NCBI GenBank assembly: GCA_042408925.1
Contig: JBHOQO010000075.1
Coordinates: 1-61,163, forward strand
Source of the DNA: Chloroflexota bacterium
Lineage (GTDB): Bacteria > Chloroflexota > Limnocylindria > Limnocylindrales > CSP1-4
Direction: 5' to 3'
Length of the DNA stretch: 61,163 bases
Shown one piece after another: positions 10,042 through 18,235 of the stretch. Made by a program: the position numbers and the translations under genes. Each line of letters starts with the position of its first letter. The stretch's first letter is position 1. The notes below the pieces were generated by a model that did no database searches, was not told where the DNA came from, and saw only the letters and a program-made list of their open reading frames with translations.

Positions 10042-10200
10042 GGCGCGGAGTGTCGCCGCGGCCCCTCACCGCCCGCGTATCGGGGGTGGATCCCACCTCT
10101 GGCGGCGCACCCTGCCCCGGCTCCCGCCGCGGCCGCCGATCGGCCGCGCTCCCTCTGGATGGACTGCGCTGCAGTCTCATCACGGTCGCTCATCGGCCGC

Positions 10201-10649
10201 GGCACCGCGCCCGGGCCGCCGCTCGCTCCGTCCGGGCCGCGGATCTTCTCGGATACTCACCCGGGTAGTGAACCGCGCAACGCCCGCCTCGTTTTCCACC
10301 CCCGCCACCCCGATGCCGAGCGTGGCCGGTCGGCGGGTCGCCGGCGCGAGCCCGTGCGTTGTCGGCGATTACTCCCAGGGCTGGTACCTCGGAAGATCCG
10401 ACCAGCGGTTCACTACCCCGGGGCGTATTGTGGAAGTTCCGCCCCCTCGGCCCGGCCCGTCACTCGCCCCGCTAGTAGCCTGGAAATTGCGGGCTCGCGG
10501 CCGGCGGGAACGAAACCGACCTCCAGCGGCTCGCAGCCGTCACTCGCCCCGGTAGTAGCCTGGAAATTGCGGGGCCGCCGGCGGGCGACGCCGGTCGTGG
10601 ACCCTCCGGCGGTGCCCGGCGGGCGCTCGTACCGTGGACGGTTCCAGCG
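10201..10649. repeat. Dispersed ~449 bp structured intergenic repeat, copy 1
   Basis: Near-identical to 19528-19975 (offset 9327); first 138 nt identical. Internal 24-nt imperfect inverted repeat (10253-10276 / 10405-10428) and 37-nt direct repeats (10457-10493, 10537-10573). Confidence 0.95.
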
Positions 10650-10654
10650 CGCTG

Positions 10655-11869
10655 CTATCGCCGACGCCCATCCACATCCTCCGGCGCCGGATCCGCGGAG
10701 CTCGCTCCCTCTTCCGCGGCGACCGGCTCTTCCGCGGCGACCGGCTCCGCCGGCGACGTCCCGGCAGGCCCGGCCTCGCGACCGCCCGCCAACCCTCGGA
10801 AGGCGACACGGCGCCGCGGCAGCGTGGCCGCGACGCCTCGGAGCTCGGCCCACGAGAGCTCCCGCTGACCCATGATCCCGCCGGGGCGGAAGACGATGAC
10901 GAGGATGAAGAAGGCGGCCAGGAGGATGCCGCTCATGCCGTAGAGCAGGGTGGCATCCTCGATCCGCCGGAGCGCCTCGGCGATGGCAACGACGGCCACC
11001 GTACCGAGGATGGAACCGTTCACCGATCCCATCCCGCCGACGACGAGCATCGTGATGACTCGGAACGTCAGGTCGAAGTAGAAGACGGTCGGCGAGAAGG
11101 ACGTGATGAAGTGGGCGTAGAGGGAGCCGGCGACCGCCGTGAAGAAGGCGCTGACGACGAAGGCGACGAGCCGGGGTCGAAGGATCGAGACGCCCACGGC
11201 CTGGGCGGCCCACCGGTCGGCCCGCTGGGCGAACATCTCCCGCCCGAGCGAAGAGTGCTTCAGACGCCAGGCGACGAGGACGGTGACGACCGCCCAGCCC
11301 CAGGCCCACCAGGCGTTCGTGTACGGCGTGACGTTCGAGAAGGTCCGCGATCCCCGGGTGAAATCGTCAGCGTTGAAGAGGATGACCCGGACGATGACGA
11401 GGAACCCCAGGGTGGCGACGGCGACGAAGTGACCCGAGAGCCGAAGGAGGACGGCCCCGACGACGAGGGCGAGAGCGGCCACGAGGAGGCTGGCGAGGAT
11501 CGTCGCCGCCAACCAGCCGACCGGGAGCGGTCCGAGCATCTGATCGAAGTGGACGCCTGCCAGCCAGCCGGGAAGGCGCGGTAGGTAATCGGCCTTCTCG
11601 CGCAGGGGGAGCGTCAGGATCGCCGAGATGTAGGCGCCGAGGGCCATGAAGCCGATGTGGCCCAGCGAGAAGACGCCGGTGAACCCCGAGGCCAGGTTCA
11701 GGCTGACGACCAGGATCAGGAAGATCGCGAGGTTGATGGCGAGCCCCTGCCAGAAGGCGAGCCCCGACACGTCGAGCAGGGCGAGGAAGACGCCGAGGAG
11801 GACGAGGAGACCGATCGCCGGTCCGGAACGCCGGTTGCCGGCCGCCCCGCCCGCTGCCGGACGGCTCAC
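10655..11869 (-). CDS. livM: Branched-chain amino acid-type ABC transporter permease (LivM-like)
   Basis: LNLASGFTGVFSLGHIGF, LRLSGHFVAVATLGF, VVGGMGSVNGSILG. Confidence 0.88.
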   Translation of the reverse strand: MSRPAAGGAAGNRRSGPAIGLLVLLGVFLALLDVSGLAFWQGLAINLAIFLILVVSLNLASGFTGVFSLGHIGFMALGAYISAILTLPLREKADYLPRLPGWLAGVHFDQMLGPLPVGWLAATILASLLVAALALVVGAVLLRLSGHFVAVATLGFLVIVRVILFNADDFTRGSRTFSNVTPYTNAWWAWGWAVVTVLVAWRLKHSSLGREMFAQRADRWAAQAVGVSILRPRLVAFVVSAFFTAVAGSLYAHFITSFSPTVFYFDLTFRVITMLVVGGMGSVNGSILGTVAVVAIAEALRRIEDATLLYGMSGILLAAFFILVIVFRPGGIMGQRELSWAELRGVAATLPRRRVAFRGLAGGREAGPAGTSPAEPVAAEEPVAAEEGASSADPAPEDVDGRRR

Positions 11870-12837
11870 GGTGTCTCCTCCCGGGCGGCGCGGAGGATGC
11901 CGTTCGGGCGGAAGAGGAGCATGAGGATCAGGAAGACGAACACGAAGGCGTCCCGGTAGCTCGCGAGCCCGGCGGGGAAGAGGGTCGCCAGGAGGTCGTG
12001 GACCGACGGGGAGACGGATCCCGGCGGCAGGATGTCGGCGATCCCCGCGAGGGCGGTGGGGATGACCTCGAGGAGCCCGAGGGCGTACCCGCCGACCACG
12101 GCCCCGGTGAGGCTGCCGAACCCGCCGATGACCGCCGCGATGAAGGCCTTGAGGACGGGGGTAAACCCCAGGTACGGGTTGATCTGGCCCGCCTGGGAGG
12201 CGTAGAGGAAGCCGGCGACGGCGGCGAGCCCGGAGGCGATGGCGAAGGCCGTCGCCACGACCCGGTTCACGCGGATCCCCATGAGCTGGGCCGCGGTCAG
12301 GTCGTCGGCTGCCGCCTGCATCGACAGCCCCAGGCGGGTACGCGTCACGAAGAGACTGAGGAGGATGAGGAGGATGACCCCGCTGCCGAAGCTGGCGACG
12401 TTCACGCGCGGAATGGTCAGGGGCCCGAGGGCGACGACGCCATCGAGGCCCGGGGGCGCCGGGAAGGCGATCTGGATCGGCTGGCCCGCCAGCCGACTGA
12501 CGAGGAGGACGCCGTTCTCCAGGATCTGGCCGACCGCGAACGAGGTGAGGAGGACGGCGACGTCCGGCGCCCCGCGGATCGGGCGATAGGCGATCCGCTC
12601 CATCGCCAGACCTACCAGGACGGTCCCGGCGACCATGACCACGATGGCGGCCGGTAGCGGGAGACCGGCGAAGAGGGCGAAGGCCGCCAGATAGGCGGCG
12701 ACCATCATGATGTCGCCGTGGGCGAAGTTGATGAGTCGGAGGATCCCGAAGATCATCGCCAGGCCCACGGCCATGAGCGCGTAGAGGCTGCCGGCGCTGA
12801 GACCGTTGACGATCTGCTGGAGAACGTAGACGTCCAT
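11866..12837 (-). CDS. livH: Branched-chain amino acid-type ABC transporter permease (LivH-like)
   Basis: QQIVNGLSAGSLYALMAVGLAMIFGILRLINFAHGD, KAFIAAVIGGFGS. Confidence 0.9.
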   Translation of the reverse strand: MDVYVLQQIVNGLSAGSLYALMAVGLAMIFGILRLINFAHGDIMMVAAYLAAFALFAGLPLPAAIVVMVAGTVLVGLAMERIAYRPIRGAPDVAVLLTSFAVGQILENGVLLVSRLAGQPIQIAFPAPPGLDGVVALGPLTIPRVNVASFGSGVILLILLSLFVTRTRLGLSMQAAADDLTAAQLMGIRVNRVVATAFAIASGLAAVAGFLYASQAGQINPYLGFTPVLKAFIAAVIGGFGSLTGAVVGGYALGLLEVIPTALAGIADILPPGSVSPSVHDLLATLFPAGLASYRDAFVFVFLILMLLFRPNGILRAAREETP

Positions 12838-12840
12838 CGC

Positions 12841-13542
12841 CTAGTGCCCCAGGTACGACTGCTCGATGCGGGGATCGTGTCGGAGCTCGGCCGCCGGCCC
12901 GCTCAGCGTCACCCTGCCGGTCTCGAGGACGTAGACGCGGTCGGCGACGTCGAGGGCGTGGTGGACGTTCTGCTCGACGAGCAGAATCGTCAGGCCCTCG
13001 CCCTTGAGCTCGGCGATCGTCCGGAACACCTGCTCGACGATCAGCGGGGCGAGCCCGAGCGACGGTTCGTCGAGGATGAGAAGCCGTGGGCGACTCATGA
13101 GGGCACGGGCGATGGCGAGCATCTGCTGCTCCCCGCCCGACAGGGTCCCGGCGGCCTGCCCCAGTCGCTCGTGCAGGATCGGAAAGAGCGATTCCATCCG
13201 CTCGATGTCCCGCCGAACCTCGGCCGGGGGCCGCTGGATGCCGCCGAGGATGAGGTTCTCGCGGACTGTGAGCCGGCCGAAGACCCGGCGTCCCTCCGGA
13301 CAGTGGCTGATCCCCATCGCGACGATCTCCTCCGGCGCCGCCCGGGTGATCGCCCGGCCGAGGAACCGGACGACCCCAGCCCGTGGGCGAACGAGGCCCG
13401 AGATGGCCCTGAGCGTCGTCGACTTTCCGGCGCCGTTCGATCCCAGGATCGCGACGAGCTCCCCTTCGGCGACGTCGAGCGACACGCCGTGGAGGGCCCG
13501 GATGCTCCCGTAGGCGACCTCGAGGTCGCGGACCTCAAGCAC
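12841..13542 (-). CDS. livF: ABC ATP-binding protein (LivF-like)
   Basis: GSNGAGKST, HCPEGRRVF, LSGGEQQML, LDEPSLGLAP, VEQN. Confidence 0.93.
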   Translation of the reverse strand: MLEVRDLEVAYGSIRALHGVSLDVAEGELVAILGSNGAGKSTTLRAISGLVRPRAGVVRFLGRAITRAAPEEIVAMGISHCPEGRRVFGRLTVRENLILGGIQRPPAEVRRDIERMESLFPILHERLGQAAGTLSGGEQQMLAIARALMSRPRLLILDEPSLGLAPLIVEQVFRTIAELKGEGLTILLVEQNVHHALDVADRVYVLETGRVTLSGPAAELRHDPRIEQSYLGH

Positions 13543-14350
13543 TGCGAGCCTGCCCGATGTAGGCGGCGATGACGTCCGGGTCGTTGCGGACCGAGGCCGG
13601 GTCCCCGTCGGCGATGAGGACGCCGTGGTCGAGGACCTGGATCCGCTGGCAGAGGTTCATGACCAGTGGAATGTCGTGGGCGACGAGGATGATCGTCAGG
13701 TCGAGCTGGTCCCGGAGCTCGCGGATGAGGGCGAGGAGGTCCGCCGTCTCAGTCGGATGCATCCCGGCGTTCGGCTCGTCGAGGAGGAGGAGCCTCGGCC
13801 GCGACGCGACCGCACGGGCGATCTCGAGCCGTCGCTGATCGCCGTACGAAAGGCTGTGGGCCGGCCGGGCGGCGAGATCGCGAAGGCCGACGAGCTCGAG
13901 GAGCCCCAGGGCCTCGTCGTGGATCCGCTCCTCCTGGCGACGGTAGGTCCTCGTCGAGGCGAGGGTGGCCCAGAGTGAATAGCGATAGCGGCGCTGGACG
14001 GCGACCTTGACGTTGTCGATGGCCGTGAGGTCCCCGAAGAGGCGGATGTTCTGGAAGGTGCGCGCGATCCCCAGCCGGGCGACCTCGGCGGGCGGGCGGT
14101 GGGTGATCTCCCGCCCGTCGAGGTAGATTGCCCCGCTCGTCGGGCGGACCATCCCGGACAGGAGGTTGAACAGCGTCGTCTTCCCGGCTCCGTTCGGGCC
14201 GATGACGCCGTGGATGATCCCCGCCGGGAGGCGCACACTGTAGTCGGACAGGGCGAGGAGCCCGCTGTAGCGCTTCGTGAGGTGGCGAACCTCGAGCAGC
14301 GGCGAACGATCGTCTTCGGGTACGGTCACCACCCGATCCTCCTGGGACAT
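13535..14350 (-). CDS. livG: ABC ATP-binding protein (LivG-like)
   Basis: GPNGAGKTT, ARTFQNIRLF, LSYGDQRRLEIARA, LLDEPNAG. ATG 14350. Confidence 0.93.
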   Translation of the reverse strand: MSQEDRVVTVPEDDRSPLLEVRHLTKRYSGLLALSDYSVRLPAGIIHGVIGPNGAGKTTLFNLLSGMVRPTSGAIYLDGREITHRPPAEVARLGIARTFQNIRLFGDLTAIDNVKVAVQRRYRYSLWATLASTRTYRRQEERIHDEALGLLELVGLRDLAARPAHSLSYGDQRRLEIARAVASRPRLLLLDEPNAGMHPTETADLLALIRELRDQLDLTIILVAHDIPLVMNLCQRIQVLDHGVLIADGDPASVRNDPDVIAAYIGQARSA

Positions 14351-14626
14351 CGGACTCCGGACCGGGGTCGGAGCTCGCCGGGGCTTGGCGTCGGTGGCGC
14401 CGAGCCCGCTCCGGCTCACCCCCGAGCACGACCTCCGCGGTCGGGAGCGTGATGGCGGCGACTATCGCATAGGCGCCGGGGAGCGTCAAACCGATCGGTC
14501 GTCCTAGGGCGGCAGCGTCCCGCCTTACGCGCCGATCCCGGCTACCATCGGATGTCGTCGCCGAGACGGGTCGGGGGGCACCGTCGGCGCCCCCATGATC
14601 CATTGCCCGCCGGGCGGGAGGTGAGG

Positions 14627-15988
14627 ATGCCAACAACCATCGAGGACGTCGTCGCCCGGGCCCGCGAGGACGGGATCCGCCTCGTCCGCTTCCTGTACTG
14701 CGATCCGTCGGGGATCATCCGCGGCAAAAACGTCCACATCGACCTGTTGGAGGCCCGGATGCGGGGCGGCGTCGGGCTGACCCGGGCCCAGAACGCCATC
14801 AACCTCCTGGAACAGCTCGTTCCGGTCGAGGGCATGGAGCCGGTGGGCGAGATCCGGATCGTGCCCGATCCGGAGACCTACTCGCGTCTGCCGTGGGTGC
14901 CACGGACGGCGAGCCTCATCTGCGACCAGCTCGATCACAGCTGGCAGGACTGGGGAGCCTGCTCGCGGAGCTTTCTCAAGCGGGCGATCGCCGCCGCCGC
15001 CGACGCCGGGATTGTCGTCAAGGCGGCCTTCGAGAACGAGTTCTACCTCGCCGAGGAGGTGGACGGCGAGATCCGGCCCTACGGCAACGGACCCGTCTAC
15101 TCGTCGGCCGGGATGGACCGGGTGGCGCACGTCATCGACGACATCGTGGCGGCTCTCGAGGTCCAGGGGATCGTCGTCGAGCAGGCGATCAACGAGTACG
15201 GAGCGGGCCAGCAGGAGATCGCCGTCCGGTACAGCGATGCGCTCCGGGCTGCCGATACCCAGATCAAGCTTCGCGACACCGTCCGCGGTGTCGCCGAGGT
15301 CGGGCACGGCCTCGTCGCGACCTTCGCGGCCAAGCCGTTCGGCGACCAGATCGGCTCGGGGGCCCACATCCACTTCAGTCTCTGGTCCGTCGACGGACGA
15401 GACAACCTCCTCTACGATCCGGCGGCCGGCCCCGGGTTGGTGTCCGAGCTCGGGCGACGCTTCATCGCCGGCGTCCTCGACCACCTCCCGGCCCTCGTCG
15501 CCCTCACCTGCCCCAGCTACAACTCGTACGAGCGGCTGCGGCCCCAGGCCTGGGCCGGCTCGACGGTTTCCTGGGGGCCCGACAACCGGGAGGCGGCCCT
15601 CCGCGTCGTCTCGCCGTTCCGGGGCCGCGAAGAGGAGTCCACGAACCTGGAGCTCAAGACCTGCGATCCCAGCTGCAACCCGTACCTCGCCCTCGGCGGC
15701 CTCATCCACGCCGGTCTCGACGGGGTCCGGCGCGGTCTCGAGCCGCCCGAGCCCGCCCTCCACGACCCGGCGCTCCTCTCCGATGAGGAGCGCCGGCGAT
15801 GCGGGATCCGGCCGCTGCCGGCCTCGCTTCGGGACGCCCTGGCGGCGCTCCAGGCCGACGACGTCCTCTTCCCGGCCCTCGGCGACCTCCTGGGGCGCTG
15901 CCTCGTCGCGGTCCGGAGTGCGGAGGCGGCGGCCTTCGAGGCGATGACCCCCGAGGCGGCCCGGCTTGCCCACCTCCGGATCTTCTGA
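14627..15988 (+). CDS. Glutamine synthetase-like gamma-glutamyl ligase (GlnA4/FluG C-terminal-like)
   Basis: FENEFYL, NEYGAGQQEI, GSGAHIHFSL, WGPDNREAALRV, ELKTCDPSCNPYL. ATG 14627 after GGAGGTGAGG. Confidence 0.88.
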   Translation: MPTTIEDVVARAREDGIRLVRFLYCDPSGIIRGKNVHIDLLEARMRGGVGLTRAQNAINLLEQLVPVEGMEPVGEIRIVPDPETYSRLPWVPRTASLICDQLDHSWQDWGACSRSFLKRAIAAAADAGIVVKAAFENEFYLAEEVDGEIRPYGNGPVYSSAGMDRVAHVIDDIVAALEVQGIVVEQAINEYGAGQQEIAVRYSDALRAADTQIKLRDTVRGVAEVGHGLVATFAAKPFGDQIGSGAHIHFSLWSVDGRDNLLYDPAAGPGLVSELGRRFIAGVLDHLPALVALTCPSYNSYERLRPQAWAGSTVSWGPDNREAALRVVSPFRGREEESTNLELKTCDPSCNPYLALGGLIHAGLDGVRRGLEPPEPALHDPALLSDEERRRCGIRPLPASLRDALAALQADDVLFPALGDLLGRCLVAVRSAEAAAFEAMTPEAARLAHLRIF

Positions 15989-16138
15989 CGCCGGGTCGCG
16001 CCGGCAGGCGCCGGGCAGGTTCCCCCGGGGACGATCCGGTTGCCGTTCGTCGGCTCGGTGCCCGATGATTGGGGCTTCCGGTATCCCCGTCCCGGACGAC
16101 GGGTCTCGGTCCGGGGTGCTCGTCGCAGGAGGTAGGAC

Positions 16139-16834
16139 ATGTTCGCCAACGTCCGCGTCGTCGATCTCACACAGACCCTCCACCCGGGGACGGTCATGTG
16201 GCCGGGAGCCCCGGCGCCGGTGGCGGACACCGTCTTGACCGTCGCCCACGACGGCTTCTACAACCGCCGCCTCACGTTCATGGAGCACAGCGGGACGCAC
16301 TTCGATGCCCCGTGCCACATGGTCGAAGGCGCCGAAACCGTCGACCAGATCGGCCCCGAGCGCCTGTTCTGCCCGGTTGCCGTCATCGACATCAGCGCCC
16401 GGTGCGCCGGCGACCCGGACGCCGTCCTCAGCCTCGAGGAAGTCCACGCCTTCGAGGCGGCCCACGGAACGATCCCGAACGGGGCAGCCGTCTTCTTGCG
16501 GACGGGCTGGGAGACCTTCAACACCGATCCTGCCCGGTACGCGGGTGCTCCGGGGCCCCTCCGCTTCCCCGGGTTCGGCCCGGAGGCAGCCCGTTTCCTG
16601 GTCGAGGAGCGGGGCGCGGTCGGGCTCGGGATCGACACCCTCGGCATCGACCCGGGGTTCGACGCCGACTTCGTCGTCCATCGCCAGATCAGCCATCCTC
16701 GCGGCGTCTGGCATCTCGAGGGGCTGGAGAACCTCTCTGCGCTGCCGCCCCTCGGGGCCTGGGTCGTCGTCGGGGTCCTGAAGACGAAGGACGGGTCGGG
16801 CGGTCCGGCTCGGGTCCTCGCCCTCGTTCCGTGA
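16139..16834 (+). CDS. Cyclase family (kynurenine formamidase-like) metallohydrolase
   Basis: EHSGTHFDAPCH (HxGTHxDxPxH), GIDTLGID, HLEGLENL, GSGGPARVLA. Confidence 0.9.
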   Translation: MFANVRVVDLTQTLHPGTVMWPGAPAPVADTVLTVAHDGFYNRRLTFMEHSGTHFDAPCHMVEGAETVDQIGPERLFCPVAVIDISARCAGDPDAVLSLEEVHAFEAAHGTIPNGAAVFLRTGWETFNTDPARYAGAPGPLRFPGFGPEAARFLVEERGAVGLGIDTLGIDPGFDADFVVHRQISHPRGVWHLEGLENLSALPPLGAWVVVGVLKTKDGSGGPARVLALVP

Positions 16835-16852
16835 CGAGCGCCGGCGGGAGCC

Positions 16853-18124
16853 ATGGCGGGGGTCCCGGCGGGCAGCGACTCGGTGGCTGAGGGCGGCAGG
16901 CGGACCGATCCGCCGGCGGGCCTCGTCGCTACGGGGCCGATCGCCGACGGACCGCGTGCCATCGCCGACGGGCCGCATCCGGAGGTCAATGACCTCCTGG
17001 CGTCGGTCCGGCTTCTCGACCACCACGTCCACACCGTCCTTCGAGGGCGCTTGTCCGCCGAACGGCTCGTCGAGATCCTCAGCGAGTCGAACCGACCCGA
17101 GGCGGCCCGGCGGGCGGGGATGGCAACCCAGCTGGGGGTCGCGGTGCGTCGCTGGTGCGCTCCCCTCCTCGGTCTCGAGGCGGGTGCCGCTGCCGAGGCG
17201 TATCTCGCGCTCCGGGCGACGCTGCCGAACACCGACGTCGCGTCCCGGCTGCTCCCGGCTGCCCGCCTGGCGGGGCTCCTGGTCGACACCGGCTACCCGG
17301 TCGACGACGCGGTGCCCCTAGACGAGCTCGGGGAGCTCGCGGCGGCGCCGGTCCGGGGCGTGCTCCGACTCGAGCGCCTCGCCGAACGCGTCCTGCGGGC
17401 GGCGGGAGCCGCCGCGTTCCCGAACGCGTTCGAGGCGGCTCTGGCGGAGGAGGGCAGGCAGTCCGTCGCCGTGAAGTCGATCGCCGCCTACCGGACGGGG
17501 CTCGACCTCGACCCCGACCCTCCGGGCCGTGCCGAGGTCGTGGCCGCGGCAGGGGCCTGGCTGGCGGCCGTCGAGCAGGGCGCGGCGCCGCGGCTCGCCG
17601 ACCCCGTCATCGAGCGGTTCCTGCTCTGGAGCGCCGTCGAGCTCGGCAAGCCGCTCCAGCTCCATACCGGGTTCGGCGACCCCGACCTCGACCTCCACCG
17701 GGCGAACCCGCTCCTGCTGACGGGGTTCCTCCGGCGCACGGAGGGGCGCCTCTGGGTCCTCCTCCTCCACACGTATCCCTTCCACCGGGAGGCGGCGTAC
17801 CTGGCGCACGTCTTCCCCCACGTCGCCTTCGATATCGGGCTGGCGATCAACCACAGCGGCGTCGGGAGCCAGCTGCTCCTCGCCGAGGTGCTGGAGATCG
17901 CCCCGTGGTCGAAGCTGCTCTTCTCGTCCGACGCGTGGGGGATCCCGGAGCTCCACCTGCTCGGGAGCTGGCTCGTCCGGCGCGGGCTCGCCCGGATCCT
18001 CGGTCGCTGGATCGTCGACGGGGACTGGCAGCTCGACGACGCCCGCCGGTTCGTCGAGCTGCTGGCCGTGGCGAATGCCCGCGAGATCTACGGGCTGGGG
18101 GACGCTGATCTCCGGCTCGCGTAG
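16853..18124 (+). CDS. Amidohydrolase family protein (FluG N-terminal-like)
   Basis: LLDHHVH, KSIAAYRTGL, QLHTGFGD, LLHTYPF, FSSDAWGIPE. Start uncertain. Confidence 0.85.
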   Translation: MAGVPAGSDSVAEGGRRTDPPAGLVATGPIADGPRAIADGPHPEVNDLLASVRLLDHHVHTVLRGRLSAERLVEILSESNRPEAARRAGMATQLGVAVRRWCAPLLGLEAGAAAEAYLALRATLPNTDVASRLLPAARLAGLLVDTGYPVDDAVPLDELGELAAAPVRGVLRLERLAERVLRAAGAAAFPNAFEAALAEEGRQSVAVKSIAAYRTGLDLDPDPPGRAEVVAAAGAWLAAVEQGAAPRLADPVIERFLLWSAVELGKPLQLHTGFGDPDLDLHRANPLLLTGFLRRTEGRLWVLLLHTYPFHREAAYLAHVFPHVAFDIGLAINHSGVGSQLLLAEVLEIAPWSKLLFSSDAWGIPELHLLGSWLVRRGLARILGRWIVDGDWQLDDARRFVELLAVANAREIYGLGDADLRLA

Positions 18125-18235
18125 CCGAGACCGGCGACGCGGAGGCGGGCCGCGGCTCGACGGCTGGCGCCGGGAACGGACGGAGTGCTACGCTACGATG
18201 CCGATCGATCCCGAACATGGAAACGGAGGAGGAGC

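Noticed and set aside
10201-10209. T-box motif (GGCACCGCG) near ilvD
   Set aside because: It lacks the upstream GGTG of the T-box consensus, lies on the strand opposite ilvD, and no Stem I or specifier loop is visible.
7409-10555. 1048-aa plus-strand ORF and similar very long ORFs (e.g. 23077-24921, 14525-17032, 51151-53220, 44202-46133)
   Set aside because: Antisense shadow frames of real high-GC genes, with no motifs.
10457-10573. CRISPR array (37-nt repeat, 43-nt spacer)
   Set aside because: Only two units, the spacer is essentially the same in both element copies, similarity extends past the repeat (80-bp duplication), and there are no cas genes.
10702-10750. 18-nt tandem repeat at the livM 3' end
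   Set aside because: It encodes a low-complexity C-terminal tail (EPVAAE x2); ordinary slippage.
9721-10875. ORFs 9721-10875 and 19423-19884 sharing an identical peptide
   Set aside because: The identity only reflects the DNA repeat. The ORFs have poor codon usage, overlap real genes antisense, and the frame is broken by a 1-nt deletion in copy 2.
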